Source: Mobula hypostoma
Taxonomy: Eukaryota
Reading direction: 5' to 3'
Length of the DNA stretch: 64,000 bases
Assembly (NCBI RefSeq): GCF_963921235.1
Contig: NC_086109.1
Span: 27,344,001 to 27,408,000, forward strand
Position numbers and translations under genes: made by a program. This document shows positions 51,959-63,362 of the stretch, piece by piece. The notes beneath the pieces were generated by a model that was not told the DNA's origin, searched no databases, and was given only the letters and a program-made list of their open reading frames with translations. The first letter of the stretch is position 1. Every line of letters starts with the position of its first letter.

Positions 51959-52489
51959 GTTCAGTTGCTTTTCAGACCAAATATCAGAATGGAGGAAGAA
52001 ATGTAATCTAAGTGGCATTAACCATTGAATGATTGTTAGTGTCATATGGGGTGCTACCTCATAAAGTGACTGCTCAGTGTACTGTATATAGTGAATATCT
52101 GTAGGCAGGTGGGAAGATTGCTTCAAATCAGGATGTTTGAGCTCTGTGAATTTTTGAAAGTTCACAAGGTTCAGAATAGACAATACCAGTCAGTGATGTA
52201 AACTTCAACACCAGTTAAGATGTTCCCCTTTTATCTGTCTTCCAGAACAGAAGAACAATTTAAAGATCAGAAATGGCCTTCGAGGCTTATCTTTTAGTTG
52301 TAAATATCACTGTGTAAATGGATGATGTCTTATTATAGCTATATATAACTGCGATACATCATATGAAATAGTGAGGAACACATTAGTCTGAAAATTACCA
52401 TTAAAAATCCTGAAGTTAATTTTCTTGGTAACTCTTTCCTTCTGTGCTGGATAGAAGCAGAATTTTAACAAGTGAAATGCAGTTGTTAC

Positions 52490-52638
52490 GGGAAAAAGTA
52501 CAGTCGACATTTCGGGCTGAAACCCTGCCGAAGGTTTTTCGACTGTACTTTTTTCCATAGATGCTGCCTGGCCTGCTGAGTTCCTCCAGCAATTTGTGTG
52601 TGTTGTTCAGTTTTCCAGCGTCTGCAATGTCGTTGTTT
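52490..52638. mobile_element. Short fold-back PLE-tail element
   Basis: GGAAAAAGTACAGTCGA...TCGACTGTACTTTTTTCC inverted pair followed by the plus-strand tail. Confidence 0.8.
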
Positions 52639-53271
52639 ATGCTTGTGGTTTTACTCTTTCTGGTGTTGGATAATCAAGACTGTATGGACATGGAGATGGT
52701 TCAAGGACATTTTTGGCACAGTCTTGCTACGGGAGGACTATGCACTATAAAAGAAGCAGAAATATTTCCACAGTGAGAGACCCTGAGGCTGCCAAACTGG
52801 AAAGAAGACACATAATTAACAAAGCCTCTCAAGGCTATGAATGGATCCAATGTACAGTGTGCACATGAAATGCCTCCAAGTGTAGTCACTATAACTGTGT
52901 GGAACACGGCCATTAATTTTCAAACAACAAGATCACACATACAATTTAAGTGTAAAATTAAACACTGGACATGTTAAAATATGAAATAAATCAGAGGACA
53001 AGGTAACCACTTTGGAAAGTAAAAGAGGTCATCGACCATACATCAGAACACTGGCTTGAAATTCCAACTCTGTTTCTCTCTCTACAAGTAGAGTCAGAAA
53101 GTAAGTCATTCAGCACAGAAGTAGGCATTTATGCCCAGTATGTCAACACCGACAATCATTTACACTCATATCATTTTATTCTCCCCATCTTCCTCATGAT
53201 TTTATCACTCTTCTACACTCTCGAGGCAGTTTACTGCAATGAGTTGCCCTACCAATCTGCACATTTTAGAT

Positions 53272-54123
53272 CACAAACAAGAGAAAATCTGCAGATGTTG
53301 GAAATCCATCATAACAAGAGAAAATCTGCAGATGTTGGAAATTCATCATCAAAGATCCTCACCACCCAGGCCATGCTCTTTTCTCACTACTGCCATCAGG
53401 AAGAAGGTACAAGTGTCTCAGGACTCACATCACCAAGAACAGTTACTACCCCTCAACCATCAGGCTCTTGAACAAAAGGGGATAAAAGGAAGTTGATTGG
53501 TGAAAGGGACAGAAGGCCATGGAAGAAAGAAAAAAAGCAGGGGAGGTAGGAGCACCAGAGGGAGTCAATGGGCAGGCAAGGAGATAACATGAGGGAGGGA
53601 AAAGGAGGTGACCACTCATTTTAATTCCACTTCCCATTCTGCTATATTCATCCATGGCCTCCTCCACTTCAGGATAAGGTCACACTTAGGTTGGAGGAAC
53701 AACACCTTATATTCTGTTTGGGTAGCCTCCAACCTGATGGCATGAACATTGATTTCTCAAACTTCCAGTAATGCCTCCAACCCCCCCCCCACCCCTTCAC
53801 CATTTCCCATCCCCTTGTCCCTCTCTCATGTTATCTCCTTGCCTACCCATCACCTCCCTCTAGTGCTCCCCCCTTCTTCTTTCTTCCATGGCCTTCTGTC
53901 TCTTTTCCCATTTTACTTCCCAGCTCTTTACTTCATCTCCTCCCCCTTCAGGTTTCACCTATCACCTTGTGTTTCTCTCTCCCCTCCCTTCACTTTTTAA
54001 ATCTACTCCTCAGTTTTTTTTTCTCCAGTCCTGCCAAAGGGTTTTGGCCTGAAATGTCGACTGTACTTTTTTTGCCTAAGGTGCTGCCTGGCCTGCTGAG
54101 TTCCTCCAGCATTTTGTGTGTGT
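53272..54123. mobile_element. Chimeric fold-back PLE insertion with an internal Rex1/Babar piece and a 14-bp TSD, inside an antisense SINE
   Basis: TSD TGCACATTTTAGAT at 53258-53271 and 54124-54137. Confidence 0.88.
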
Positions 54124-54307
54124 TGCACATTTTAGATGTAGGTGACAACCAGAAGAGCAAGAGGAAACCCACATGGTCACAAGGAGAATATAAAAACTTC
54201 ACACAGAAGGTACAGGGGTCAGGATTGAATCAATGACTTTGAAGCTGTGAGGCAGAGGTCCATTAGCTGGAGCCAAAGTTGAATGACAGTAAGTTTTCAT
54301 TTGATAT

Positions 54308-54403
54308 CACACACAAAATGCTGGAAGAACTCAGCAGGCCAGGCAACATCTATGGAAAAGAATAAACAGTCGACATTTTGGACCGAGACCCTTTCTCAGG
54401 ACT
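54308..54403 (-). mobile_element. PLE tail plus hammerhead-only copy
   Basis: Minus strand AGTCCTGAGAAAGGGTCTCGGTCCAAAATGTCGACTG; candidate TSD TCATTTGATAT/TCATCTGGTAT. Confidence 0.8.
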
Positions 54404-55817
54404 CATCTGGTATTTTCTGTTTTTAAATCTGGTTTAGATTGATGGTTGAGGGAGAAATGTTTCTCTGCTGATCTAGATAGTCCTTGAAAGTTTCATTTCT
54501 TGTAACTCTCACCATCTTTTGTCCTTGCTTCCTCAGATTTTTATGTTCCATGAAAATTACCACATTATTTCACTCTCCGTTTGCATAATTAATTTATTTT
54601 TATATATTTCTTCCTGTAACCTATAGATTTTTTAATGTTTTGCACTGTACTGCTGCCTGAAAACAACAGATTTCACAACATATGTCAGTGACAATAAACC
54701 TGATTCTGATCTGAACACTCACCTCTTAGCGGCACATTGTAATTTTTATTTGTCTCTGGTACATGAAGTTCTTGGACTTTTGGGATGTAAACTACTTCTA
54801 TATCATTTTAAGTACTTATGTTAGCTCCTCCTGCTCGTCTGTCATATTAACCATCAAGAGGTTTGATCAGTTTGCCACCAATCATCTCTCCTCACGCTGA
54901 AAATGACAGAAAAGCCTGGGGTAAATGATAAAGTGGGAGGATTAATCTTGGTGAAAGAGGCAAAATGCTCCAAGAGAATAAAAACAAGTGTAAGGTGGCA
55001 GTGAGGACTTTAAGGACAGTCAAGAAATAGTAAAGAATTTAAGACTATATGCATCCCTGTGATAATACCTATGAAGCAGTACTGATGTGATGGAGAATTT
55101 AGGTACATGCATTGTAGAGATGAAGTGGTTTTAATGGGAGATGGCTACTGATATATAACTTTGGATAAGCAGATTAGTTCATGACAAGAAGGTTAATATT
55201 TGCAAGTTATTTCTACTGTAAAAGTAGGACGGATCTTCTGTCTTGTTGCAGTGCTGGAGCCAGGGTTACCAAGTTACTGTAAATTGTTGCTGGACTCTTC
55301 TATCCTATGGTCTGTGTGATGAGCACTTCCCACCACTGCTCAGGTAGTCTCACAAGGAGTCCAACAAGGGCCAGGCAATCTCCCATCGATTTCCCAGTTC
55401 TCACTTTTAGAATCCATTCCCTGGCCAGCCCTAGTTTAAACTTAATACAAACATGGCAGTCCTCAGCACTTGGAAAAAGGGTAAACAAAAGCACAAGAGA
55501 TTTTTCAGTTGCCAGAAATCTAGAGTAACACAGACAAGATGCTGGAGGAATTCTGAGACCCTTCATCAAAAGAGTAAGCAGTTTTGGAATACTTTACTTG
55601 AGTTAATTTTAATGACTTTAATGCATTTTCCTGGCTCCCAGCAGTTGAGCATGGCCCAGCACTGTTTAAGGATGCTCTCAGAACAGACAAACTCACTAGA
55701 CTTACAAAACCATGTTGAGACCTAGACTTGCCCCAAGATGAGGCAGCTGATGCGTTAACGGGCTTTGAATGTTTTGTGAATAAACATTCAGGACATGAAA
55801 ATAATAGATATATGGTT

Positions 55818-56586
55818 GAGCAACACACAGGGTGCTGGAGGAACTCAGCAACTCAGAGAGCATCTATGGAGGGGAATAAACAGTCAAAGATTTGAGTCAA
55901 AACCCTTCATCAAGACTGAAAAGATGGAGATTGAGGAATAGATTCACTGAGCACCTTCGGTCCATGATTTCACAATGGCAACCCATTTTTCAATTTCCAA
56001 TTCTGATTCCAACATGTTGGTCTATGGCCTCCACTACTGCCACAATGAGGTCACACTCAGTTTGGAACAGCAGTGCCTCATGTCCCATCTGGGTAGCCCA
56101 CAACCTGATGGCATGAGCACAGAATTCTCTAACCTGGTAATTTGTCTTACCCCACGCCACCACCCCTCCCCCCCCCCGCCTTCCATTCCCTAGTAGGGTT
56201 CCCCTCTCACCCCTTCGGTTCTCCACACGTTTAATCACCTCTTTATGGTGCCCCTCCTCCTTCTCTGTCTTTCAAGATTTCTCTGTCTCCTATCAGATTC
56301 TTTCCTCAGCAGCTCTTCACCTCTACTACCTATCATCTCCCAGATTCTTACTTTATCTCTCTCCCCCATCCACATTCTGCCTCACCTAGTTTCATCTATC
56401 ACCTACCAGCTTGTACACCTTCCCCTTCCCTCTCCTTCTTTTTCTGTCATTTTTCCCCTTCATTACCAGTTCTAATGAAGGGTTTTGGCCCAATGCATTA
56501 ACTGCTTATTCCTCTCCACAGATGCTGCTTGACTTGCACTTTGTACATGATCTCAAGGTTTCTAGCATCAGCAGAATCTCATGTTT
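55818..56586. mobile_element. Older PLE 3' fragment with a short inverted 5' pLTR
   Basis: Minus-strand tail at 55818-55922; plus strand WRLRNRFTEHLRS and LEQQCLMSHLGSPQPDGM; degenerate hammerhead at about 56467-56505. Confidence 0.85.
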
Positions 56587-56596
56587 ATGACACACA

Positions 56597-58114
56597 GAGT
56601 GCCCATAAAAAATATTCACCCCCCCCCAGAAATCTTCATGTTTTATTGTTTTACAACATTGAATCACAATGGATTTAATTTGGCTTTTTTGACACTGATC
56701 AACAGAAAAAGACCCTTTTGTGTCAAAGTGAAAATAGATCTCTACAAAGTGATCTAAATTAATTACAAATATAAACCATAAAGTAATTGATTGCATAAGT
56801 ATTTACCCCCTTTAATAAGACACATCAAATCATCACTGGTGCAGCCAGTTGGTTTTAGAAGTCACATAATTAGTTAAATGCAGTCAATTGTTTGTAGCAA
56901 AAATACACCTGCACCTGGAAGGTTCAACTGTGGTGAGTCAGTCTCCCAGCAACAACTACACCATGAAGGCAAAAGAACACTCCAAGCAACTCCATGAAAA
57001 GGTTGTTGAAAAGCAAAAGTCAGGAGATGGATTCGAGAAAATTTCCAAGTCACTGAATATCCCTTGGAGTACAGTTAAGTCAATCATCAAGAAATGGAAA
57101 AGAATATGGCATAGCTATAATTCTGCCTAGAACAAGCTGTCCTCAAAAACTGAGTAATCGTGCAAGAAGGGGACTAGTGAAGGAGGCCACCAAGAGAATT
57201 ACGACAACTCCGGAGAGTTACAAGCTTCAGTGGCTGAGGTGGGAGAGGCTGTGCATACAACAACTGTTGCCCGGATGCTTCACCAGTTGCAGGTTTATGG
57301 GACAGTGGCAAAGAGAAAGGCACTGCTGAAAAATATCTCACGTGAAATCTCAGCTAGAGTTTGTCAGAAGGCATGTGGGAGACTCTGAAGTCAGCTGGAA
57401 GAAGGTTCTGTGGTCTGATGAAACCAAAATTGAGCTCTTTGGCCATCAGACTAAACACTATGTTTGTTATAAGTCAAACACCGCACTTAAACAAAAACAC
57501 ACCATCCCTCTTATGAAGTATGGTGGTGACTGCATCATGCTTTGGGGATGCTTCATTGCAGCAGGCCCTGGAAGGCTTGTGAAGGTAGAGGGTAAAATAC
57601 AAGGATGCAGCAAAATACAAGGAAATCCTGGAGGAAAGCCTGACACAGTTTGCAAGAGAACTGTGTCTTGGGAGAAGATCTGTTTTCCAGCAAGACAATG
57701 GCCCCAAGCGTAAAGTCATAGTTACACAGTAATGGCACAAGAACAACAAGTTAATGTCCTGAATTCTAACAGAGCTTGAGCAGTTATATAAAGAAGAATT
57801 GGGAAAAATTGCAATGTCCAGATGTGCAAAGCTGATAGAGTCCAATCCACACTGACTCAAGGCTGTAATTGCTGCCAAAGGTGCATCTACTGAACACTGA
57901 CTTGAAGGGGGTGAATACTTATTCAATCAATTATTTTGTGTTTTATATTTGTAATTAATTTAGATCACTTTGTAGAGATCTGTTTTCACTTTGACACAAA
58001 AGAGTTTTTTTTGCTGTTAATCAGTGTTTTTAAAAAAGCCAAATTAAATCCAAGGTTATAAAACAATAAAACATGAAAGCTTCCAAGGAGGGTGAATACT
58101 TTTCATAGGCACTG
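56597..58114 (+). mobile_element. Tc1-like DNA transposon, IR/DR type, dead
   Basis: TIRs of about 215 bp (56597-56815 and 57902-58114) with ATT(C/T)ACCCCC direct repeats at both ends of each TIR; right flank TA. Confidence 0.95.
56963..57900 (+). pseudogene. Tc1 transposase pseudogene
   Basis: MKAKEHSKQLHEKVV...ISKSLNIPWSTVKSIIKKW (HTH), WKKVLWSDETKIELFG, KYGGDCIMLWGCF, FQQDNGPK; frameshifts; the WPSQSPDLNPIE block is deleted near 57760. Confidence 0.93.
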
Positions 58115-60144
58115 TAGTTGAAAATATTATTTACATTTAAAAGCACACTCACTTACTAAATATCAACATGCTGCAGAAAGAACAATCTTACTTATATATT
58201 GCCCCAAGGAGGAGGCCAATTAGTTTATCAGATCCATGCCATCTCCCAAAAGAACAATCTCAAAAATCCTATTCCCCCCCCCCCGTAGTCCTGGAACTTA
58301 TTCTCTCACACACCCACCACCCCACTGTTTGCATCCACTTACATACCTATCCTGAGGAGTAATTTGAAGTAAGTGCCCAGCATCTTGATGAGGACGGAGT
58401 AAACTGGAGTACCCAGAGAAAATCCACATGGGAGAAGGTGCAAGGTCCACGAAGACAGCACCTGAGGTCATCATCCCTGGAGTTGCCAAGCAGTAACATT
58501 GCCATTGCAACACCCTTCATTCAAACAGGCAGTAACAACCTGTTGGTGTAGAAGTGTGTATCGATTGATAATCAGGTTATGGAGCATGGTAAGGGTCTTG
58601 GCCTATGACTTAACCAGCGAGGAGAGCAAGACCAGGAACGGCACAGAGAACTGCATACTGGGCCGTGAGACACAGTGGTCACGATAACGTTTGACTGCTG
58701 CAGTCATGTGGTTAGGGATGGAATTAGTGTGTTTTCTTGTTTATCTTGAAAGGAGAATAGGTGATCCAGAAAGGAGTTATCTGTTGGAGGAGCTGCTGGT
58801 GCTAAGGTGTAGTGTTAGGCCCAGTCAGCAGATTAGTGGGTGGGGTTGGGGGCATTCTTTGGACTGGTAGTTTAGTAAATAGGAAGGGCTGGGTGCAAAT
58901 AGGAAAGGGTTGATACTGAAGGTTAAAGGCTGGGTGTCAGATAAGGAATGGGTGGTGATCATAAAGGGTTGCTATTGAGAGTTGGGTGTCGAGTGAGGGC
59001 TGGATGAGGGCCAGAAGAGGTTGCATTACCTAAAGCAGACCTACCTGAGGTGTGTTCCCATGAGTCTGGCACTCCAGGTCTCTGATAAACAGAGGTGAAT
59101 CTGGCCTCATAAGTGCCACAATGGCCCAATTCTGCCCACCTGGGTTCTTCCCTATGTCAGCTTAACTAAGAAAACCCTTAGACATTTTTTGCAATTTGCT
59201 TCAAGTCCCCAATTTTCTAGCTGAGTAGTTGAAGCAAATTCAAATTGAACACTAGCAGTAGGAAAAAAATGGTAGTACGCTATCTGATTTCAGTGCATAC
59301 TTTTGAGTTTCCTTTAATTGCTGTAGCGAAACCACATTCTCAATTCTCTTTCCTTTTCATTTGCTTCAGATCTTTATATATTATTGAGAAAGTATTTATC
59401 CTGTGTCACATCATCAGATGTATGCATGCACATTAAGCTCTGCTTCAGAGATCGGAAGCAGAGTTCGAAACACACACGCGCATTGCATAGTTTAATCTCT
59501 CCATGCAGCCAACACTTCTGCCATCATGTATTAATTTAAAATAAAGACTTCTGCCTTTTTCCCAACATTTAAAAAAGGAACAGTAAAATTCTCCAGACTA
59601 TTGGACCCAATACTGCTGACTTCGCAATTGTTGATATACTGCAGTACACTGGCAGTTTTCCACATGGCCCGGGACTTGCATAACTACTTCAGGTTACAAC
59701 TCTTCCAACAGTTCATTTCATGTTTTGGAGGTTCCTGACAGCTTCAAGCAAATCATTTTTGTATCCAGTATTATGAAGTGAGATACTAAGGAGCTGTCAA
59801 TTTTTTAGAAATGGCACGAAGATGCAATCACACTTCCGTGCTTTAGGTTGAAAACGATTTATTTTTGGAGTAGTATGTGAATGCAACAATTTTCAGTTTG
59901 AATTTTTGTGAGGCTCTTGCAAATGCATATCAAATATCTGCTAATAATCAGCTTTGTACATCAACCATACAAGGGCAGATGCTACGCTGGAATCCTTCTT
60001 TGGTGATCAGGGAATGATTCAGTCATAATTTTCCAAGAGTGACATTCATTGGTCACTTTTGGTCAATTGCGTTTTCCAAATGCTTGTCTTTCTATCCCAA
60101 TCTATAGCACTGGGAACCCTACCCTGACAGCTCCGTTCCACTTA

Positions 60145-60545
60145 TATGGAACATCAAAGCACAGTACAGGCCATTTGGCCCACAATATTGTGCCTCCCTT
60201 TTAACCTACTCTAAGATTAATCTAATCCTTCCTTCCTTCCTACATAGCCTTCCATTTTTCTATCATCCATGTGCCCATCTCAAAAGCCCCTAATGTATCT
60301 GCCTCTATCACCATCCTAGTTAGGGTATACCACACTCTCAGGGTAAATAACTACCCTACATCCCTCCAGTCACCTTACAATTATGCCCTGTTGTACTTAG
60401 TTATTTTCGCCCTGGGAAAAAGTCTCTTGCTGTTCATTCGATCTATGCCTCTTATTATCTTGTCTCCAATCAAGTCACCACTCACCCTCCTTAACTCCAA
60501 AGAAAAAAGCCCTATATTGCTCAGTCAATCTTCTTAAGACATGCT
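60145..60545 (-). mobile_element. CR1 LINE 3' fragment
   Basis: CAGTACAGGCCATTTGGCCCACAATATTGTGC and CTATCTATGCC-like reverse CR1 motifs. Confidence 0.75.
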
Positions 60546-60977
60546 GTTGTACCTTCAACCTTCTGGCCCCAAGCACTTGTCAACCCTTCCCATACAGGCA
60601 ACATTGAAGGTCAGTGTTGGACCCACATTGTTGGAAGTGAGAAACAGCCATATCATCTACTGCACCATTGTTTTGCCCTTGTGTGCGCTGAAAGTTCCTC
60701 ATGTACTTTATCTGAACAATTATGGGTGACGTTTGATGTGCTTAAAGTACAGGAAGAAAAGGAAATTTGCATAATTTGTGCCTTTGCTGAGGGTAGTTTG
60801 TTGAGCAAATTTAATAAATAGAAACCTTCCAGTGTACCCGTTGATAATATAAAATCCACATTGCAGGGAGCAACATTTTGGCCAGCGGATGGAGAAGAAG
60901 AGAATTCTGATTAATGGTTTCATGGGGATTGACAGTCAGGAGACTCCTCCCTGGTTACTGTATTCAAATTTGTAGAG

Positions 60978-61566
60978 AAGAAGCAGGACCTCCCAGTAGT
61001 CACCCATTTTAATCCCACTTCCCATTCTGATACATTTATTCATGGCCTCCTCTACTGTCGCAATGAGGCTACACTCTGGTTGGAGGTACATTACCTGATA
61101 TTCTGTTTGGGTAGCCTCCAACCTAATGGCATAAACATCGATTTCTCGAACTTCTGGTAATGTGCCCCCCCCAAACCGTTCCCCATCCCCTTTTCTCCCT
61201 CTTACCTTATCTCCTTGCCTGCCCATCATTTCCCTCTGGTGCTCCTCCTCCTTCCCTTTCTTCCATGGCCTTCTGTCCTCTCCTATTAGGTTCCCCTTTC
61301 TCCAGCCCATTATCTCTTTCACCAATCAATTTCCCAGCTTCTTTACGTCACTCCTGCCCCTCCCAGTTTCACCTTTCACCTTGTATTTGCCCCTCTCCTC
61401 CCCCCCACCTTTTAACTCTACTCCTCATCTTTTTTCTCCAGTCCTGGTGAAGGTGCCTCAGCCCAAAATGTCGACTGTACTCTTTTCCTGGCCTGGCCTG
61501 CTGACTTCCTCCAGCATTTTGTGTGTGTTGCTTGAATTTCCAGCATCTGCAGATTTTCTCTTATTT
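60978..61566 (+). mobile_element. PLE 3' fragment
   Basis: KQDLPVVTHFN...EVHYLIFCLGSLQPNG; pLTR with degenerate hammerhead at 61438-61477; flanks ATTTGTAGAG/ATTTGTACAG. Confidence 0.88.
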
Positions 61567-62196
61567 GTACAGTGTATATTCTTGGAGGCCGGTTGCAACT
61601 ACAACAATTGTGAGATCCTTCTCTTTATAAATGTGGAAGTTGAGGCTTGTGTTTTTTGGTCGGTAGTCTTTTCACAGATGCTAATTACAATGGATTTCAA
61701 GGCAGTCTAGACTCTGGGGATACTCTTTTGGTTGGTACTTGTTAAGTTGGCTGCAAAGTTCTGTCATTGCAGGGTGCTTGAGGCCTTCAGCATTGAACTT
61801 CTTGGGGCAAAGCTTTTGATGCTATCATTATTTTAGAGCTAGGTTGATGGACATTGTTGACAACGTAGCCTTGTGGGTCCTAGTACCTGACCCAAGTGGA
61901 GGTTACTATGAAGTGACGTGCTTATGTCTCCAATGCGATAGAACATTGTTTAAGACAAGCCCAACAAGAATATCATTAGCACCATTGTGCTTAACTGTCC
62001 TGATTCCTTCCTTGTTGTTCACATCTTTCCATGGGTTGAAACAATTTCCGACCTGGCATTGAAGCCACCCAGGGAGATCAATTTGTCTCGTTCTGGGACA
62101 TAGGCAATGTTTTTTGAGGCTTCTTTTGCTTCATCCACAGCATCCAGTGCATAGGCCATGCACACTGATGACCAAAACAAGATGGCTCTGTATCAG

Positions 62197-62427
62197 CAAC
62201 ACGCACAAAATGCTGGTGGAACGCAGCAGGCCAGACAGCATCTATAGGAAGAAGCACAGTCGACGTTTTGGGCTGAGACCCTTCGTCAGGACAGTCCTGA
62301 CGAAGGGTCTCGGCCTGAAATGTCGACTGTGCTTCTTCCTATGGATGCTGTCTGGCCTGCTGTGTTCCACCAGCATTTTGTGCGTGTTGCTTGAATTTCC
62401 AGCATCTGCAGATTTCCTCGTGTTTGC
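62197..62427. mobile_element. Minimal fold-back PLE element (231 bp) with back-to-back hammerheads and a 13-bp TSD
   Basis: Palindrome 62195-62391 centred on A62293; TSD GGCTCTGTATCAG (62184-62196) and GGCTGTGTATCAG (62428-62440). Confidence 0.93.
62291..62330 (+). ncRNA. Minimal type-I hammerhead motif
   Basis: ACAGTC CTGACGA AGGGTCTCGGCCT GAAATGTC GACTGT; 6-bp stem I; ACGT changed to ATGT. Confidence 0.7.
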
Positions 62428-62612
62428 GGCTGTGTATCAGAAGAAGGTCCATTCGTGACACAGGTGCTTTAGTTGATTACTTAGGATAGCCTTTCAGTTT
62501 CAATCATAATAGACTGTAAAGTGGGGCAGCTGATGCACACCACGTGGGCTTGATTGAATCTTGATCCAGAAACAAGGCAGTCTACCAAGACTGAATAACA
62601 GCCTCTGCTGCA

Positions 62613-62613
<1 letters not shown>

Positions 62614-62648
<35 letters not shown>

Positions 62649-62673
62649 GATTAAGTGCATACATGCTGCTGGC

Positions 62674-62704
<31 letters not shown>

Positions 62705-62797
62705 GATTAAATGCATACATGCTGCTGGCATCTACACACACACACACAGATTAAATGCATACATGCTGCTGGCATCTACACACACACACACACACAC
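62614..62797 (+). repeat. Compound minisatellite: (CA)n plus a 30-bp unit, three copies
   Basis: GATTAARTGCATACATGCTGCTGGCATCTA at 62649, 62705 and 62749, separated by (CA)n. Confidence 0.95.
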
Positions 62798-63362
62798 TTG
62801 GACTTCAGGCACAGGCTCTTCCCCTTGACCAATATTTCCTCACTCACCCTGCCCCCTCACACACTCATTCCTCCTTAACTCCTCCTCTTTTGTTCCTTAC
62901 AGTTCCTCAGTCCTCCACCCTCCTGAAGTACCCTTCTCTCCAACTTGTTTTCTCCCCAACCTGAATCTTACACCTCAGCATCTCCTTTCTTCACACCTGG
63001 TGCCTTCCTAATTTTTTTTCTCCAGTTCCCTGCTACCCTTCGTCTGCAATTTCACCTACTCCCTCACTTCTCCTCATCCACAGCCCCCACCCCCTCCCCA
63101 AGCACCTGACAAAGCCCTTTCCTTATATTCCAACCCTGAGAAAAATCTCAGGGGTCAGAGTTCAGGTACAGATGCATTTGGTCACCCAGTGATGCCAAGG
63201 GCAGACATGAGGCCTTCTCTTCAGGTCCAGGCAGTGACGTTGTCCACAGCTGGGCAAATGACAGGGTTCTCTCCTGCGCCTTTTCTCACTAGAAGAGCTA
63301 CTCACACCTTTACTGTGACTGGGATCAGGGCGATCAGACTTTCCTTGTGAATTGATTTACCT

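Larger units (their letters stand above)
50951..52079. mobile_element. Tc1-derived MITE containing nested LINE fragments
   Basis: TA-flanked imperfect TIRs (CAATTAGTGGCTACTTTATTAGGTA and TACCTCATAAAGTGACTGCTCAGTG). Confidence 0.7.

Noticed and set aside
54026..54064. Active hammerheads at about 54026, 61438, 10130 and 56467
   Set aside because: Catalytic boxes are mutated (CTGCCAA, CTGGTGA with AAAA, CTGATGC, CTAATGA).
55250..55740. Host exon, or structured RNA (imperfect hairpin at 55287-55367, TGATGA box)
   Set aside because: Stops in the frames tested, no recognisable protein, no matching D box or terminal stem; the pairing is compatible with chance.
61162..61710. 182-aa ORF and similar short hydrophobic ORFs ending ...LLEFPASADFL
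   Set aside because: Translations of the non-coding PLE pLTR and tail.
62649..62797. CRISPR-like repeat-spacer pattern
   Set aside because: Spacers are (CA)n, the context is eukaryotic and there are no cas genes.
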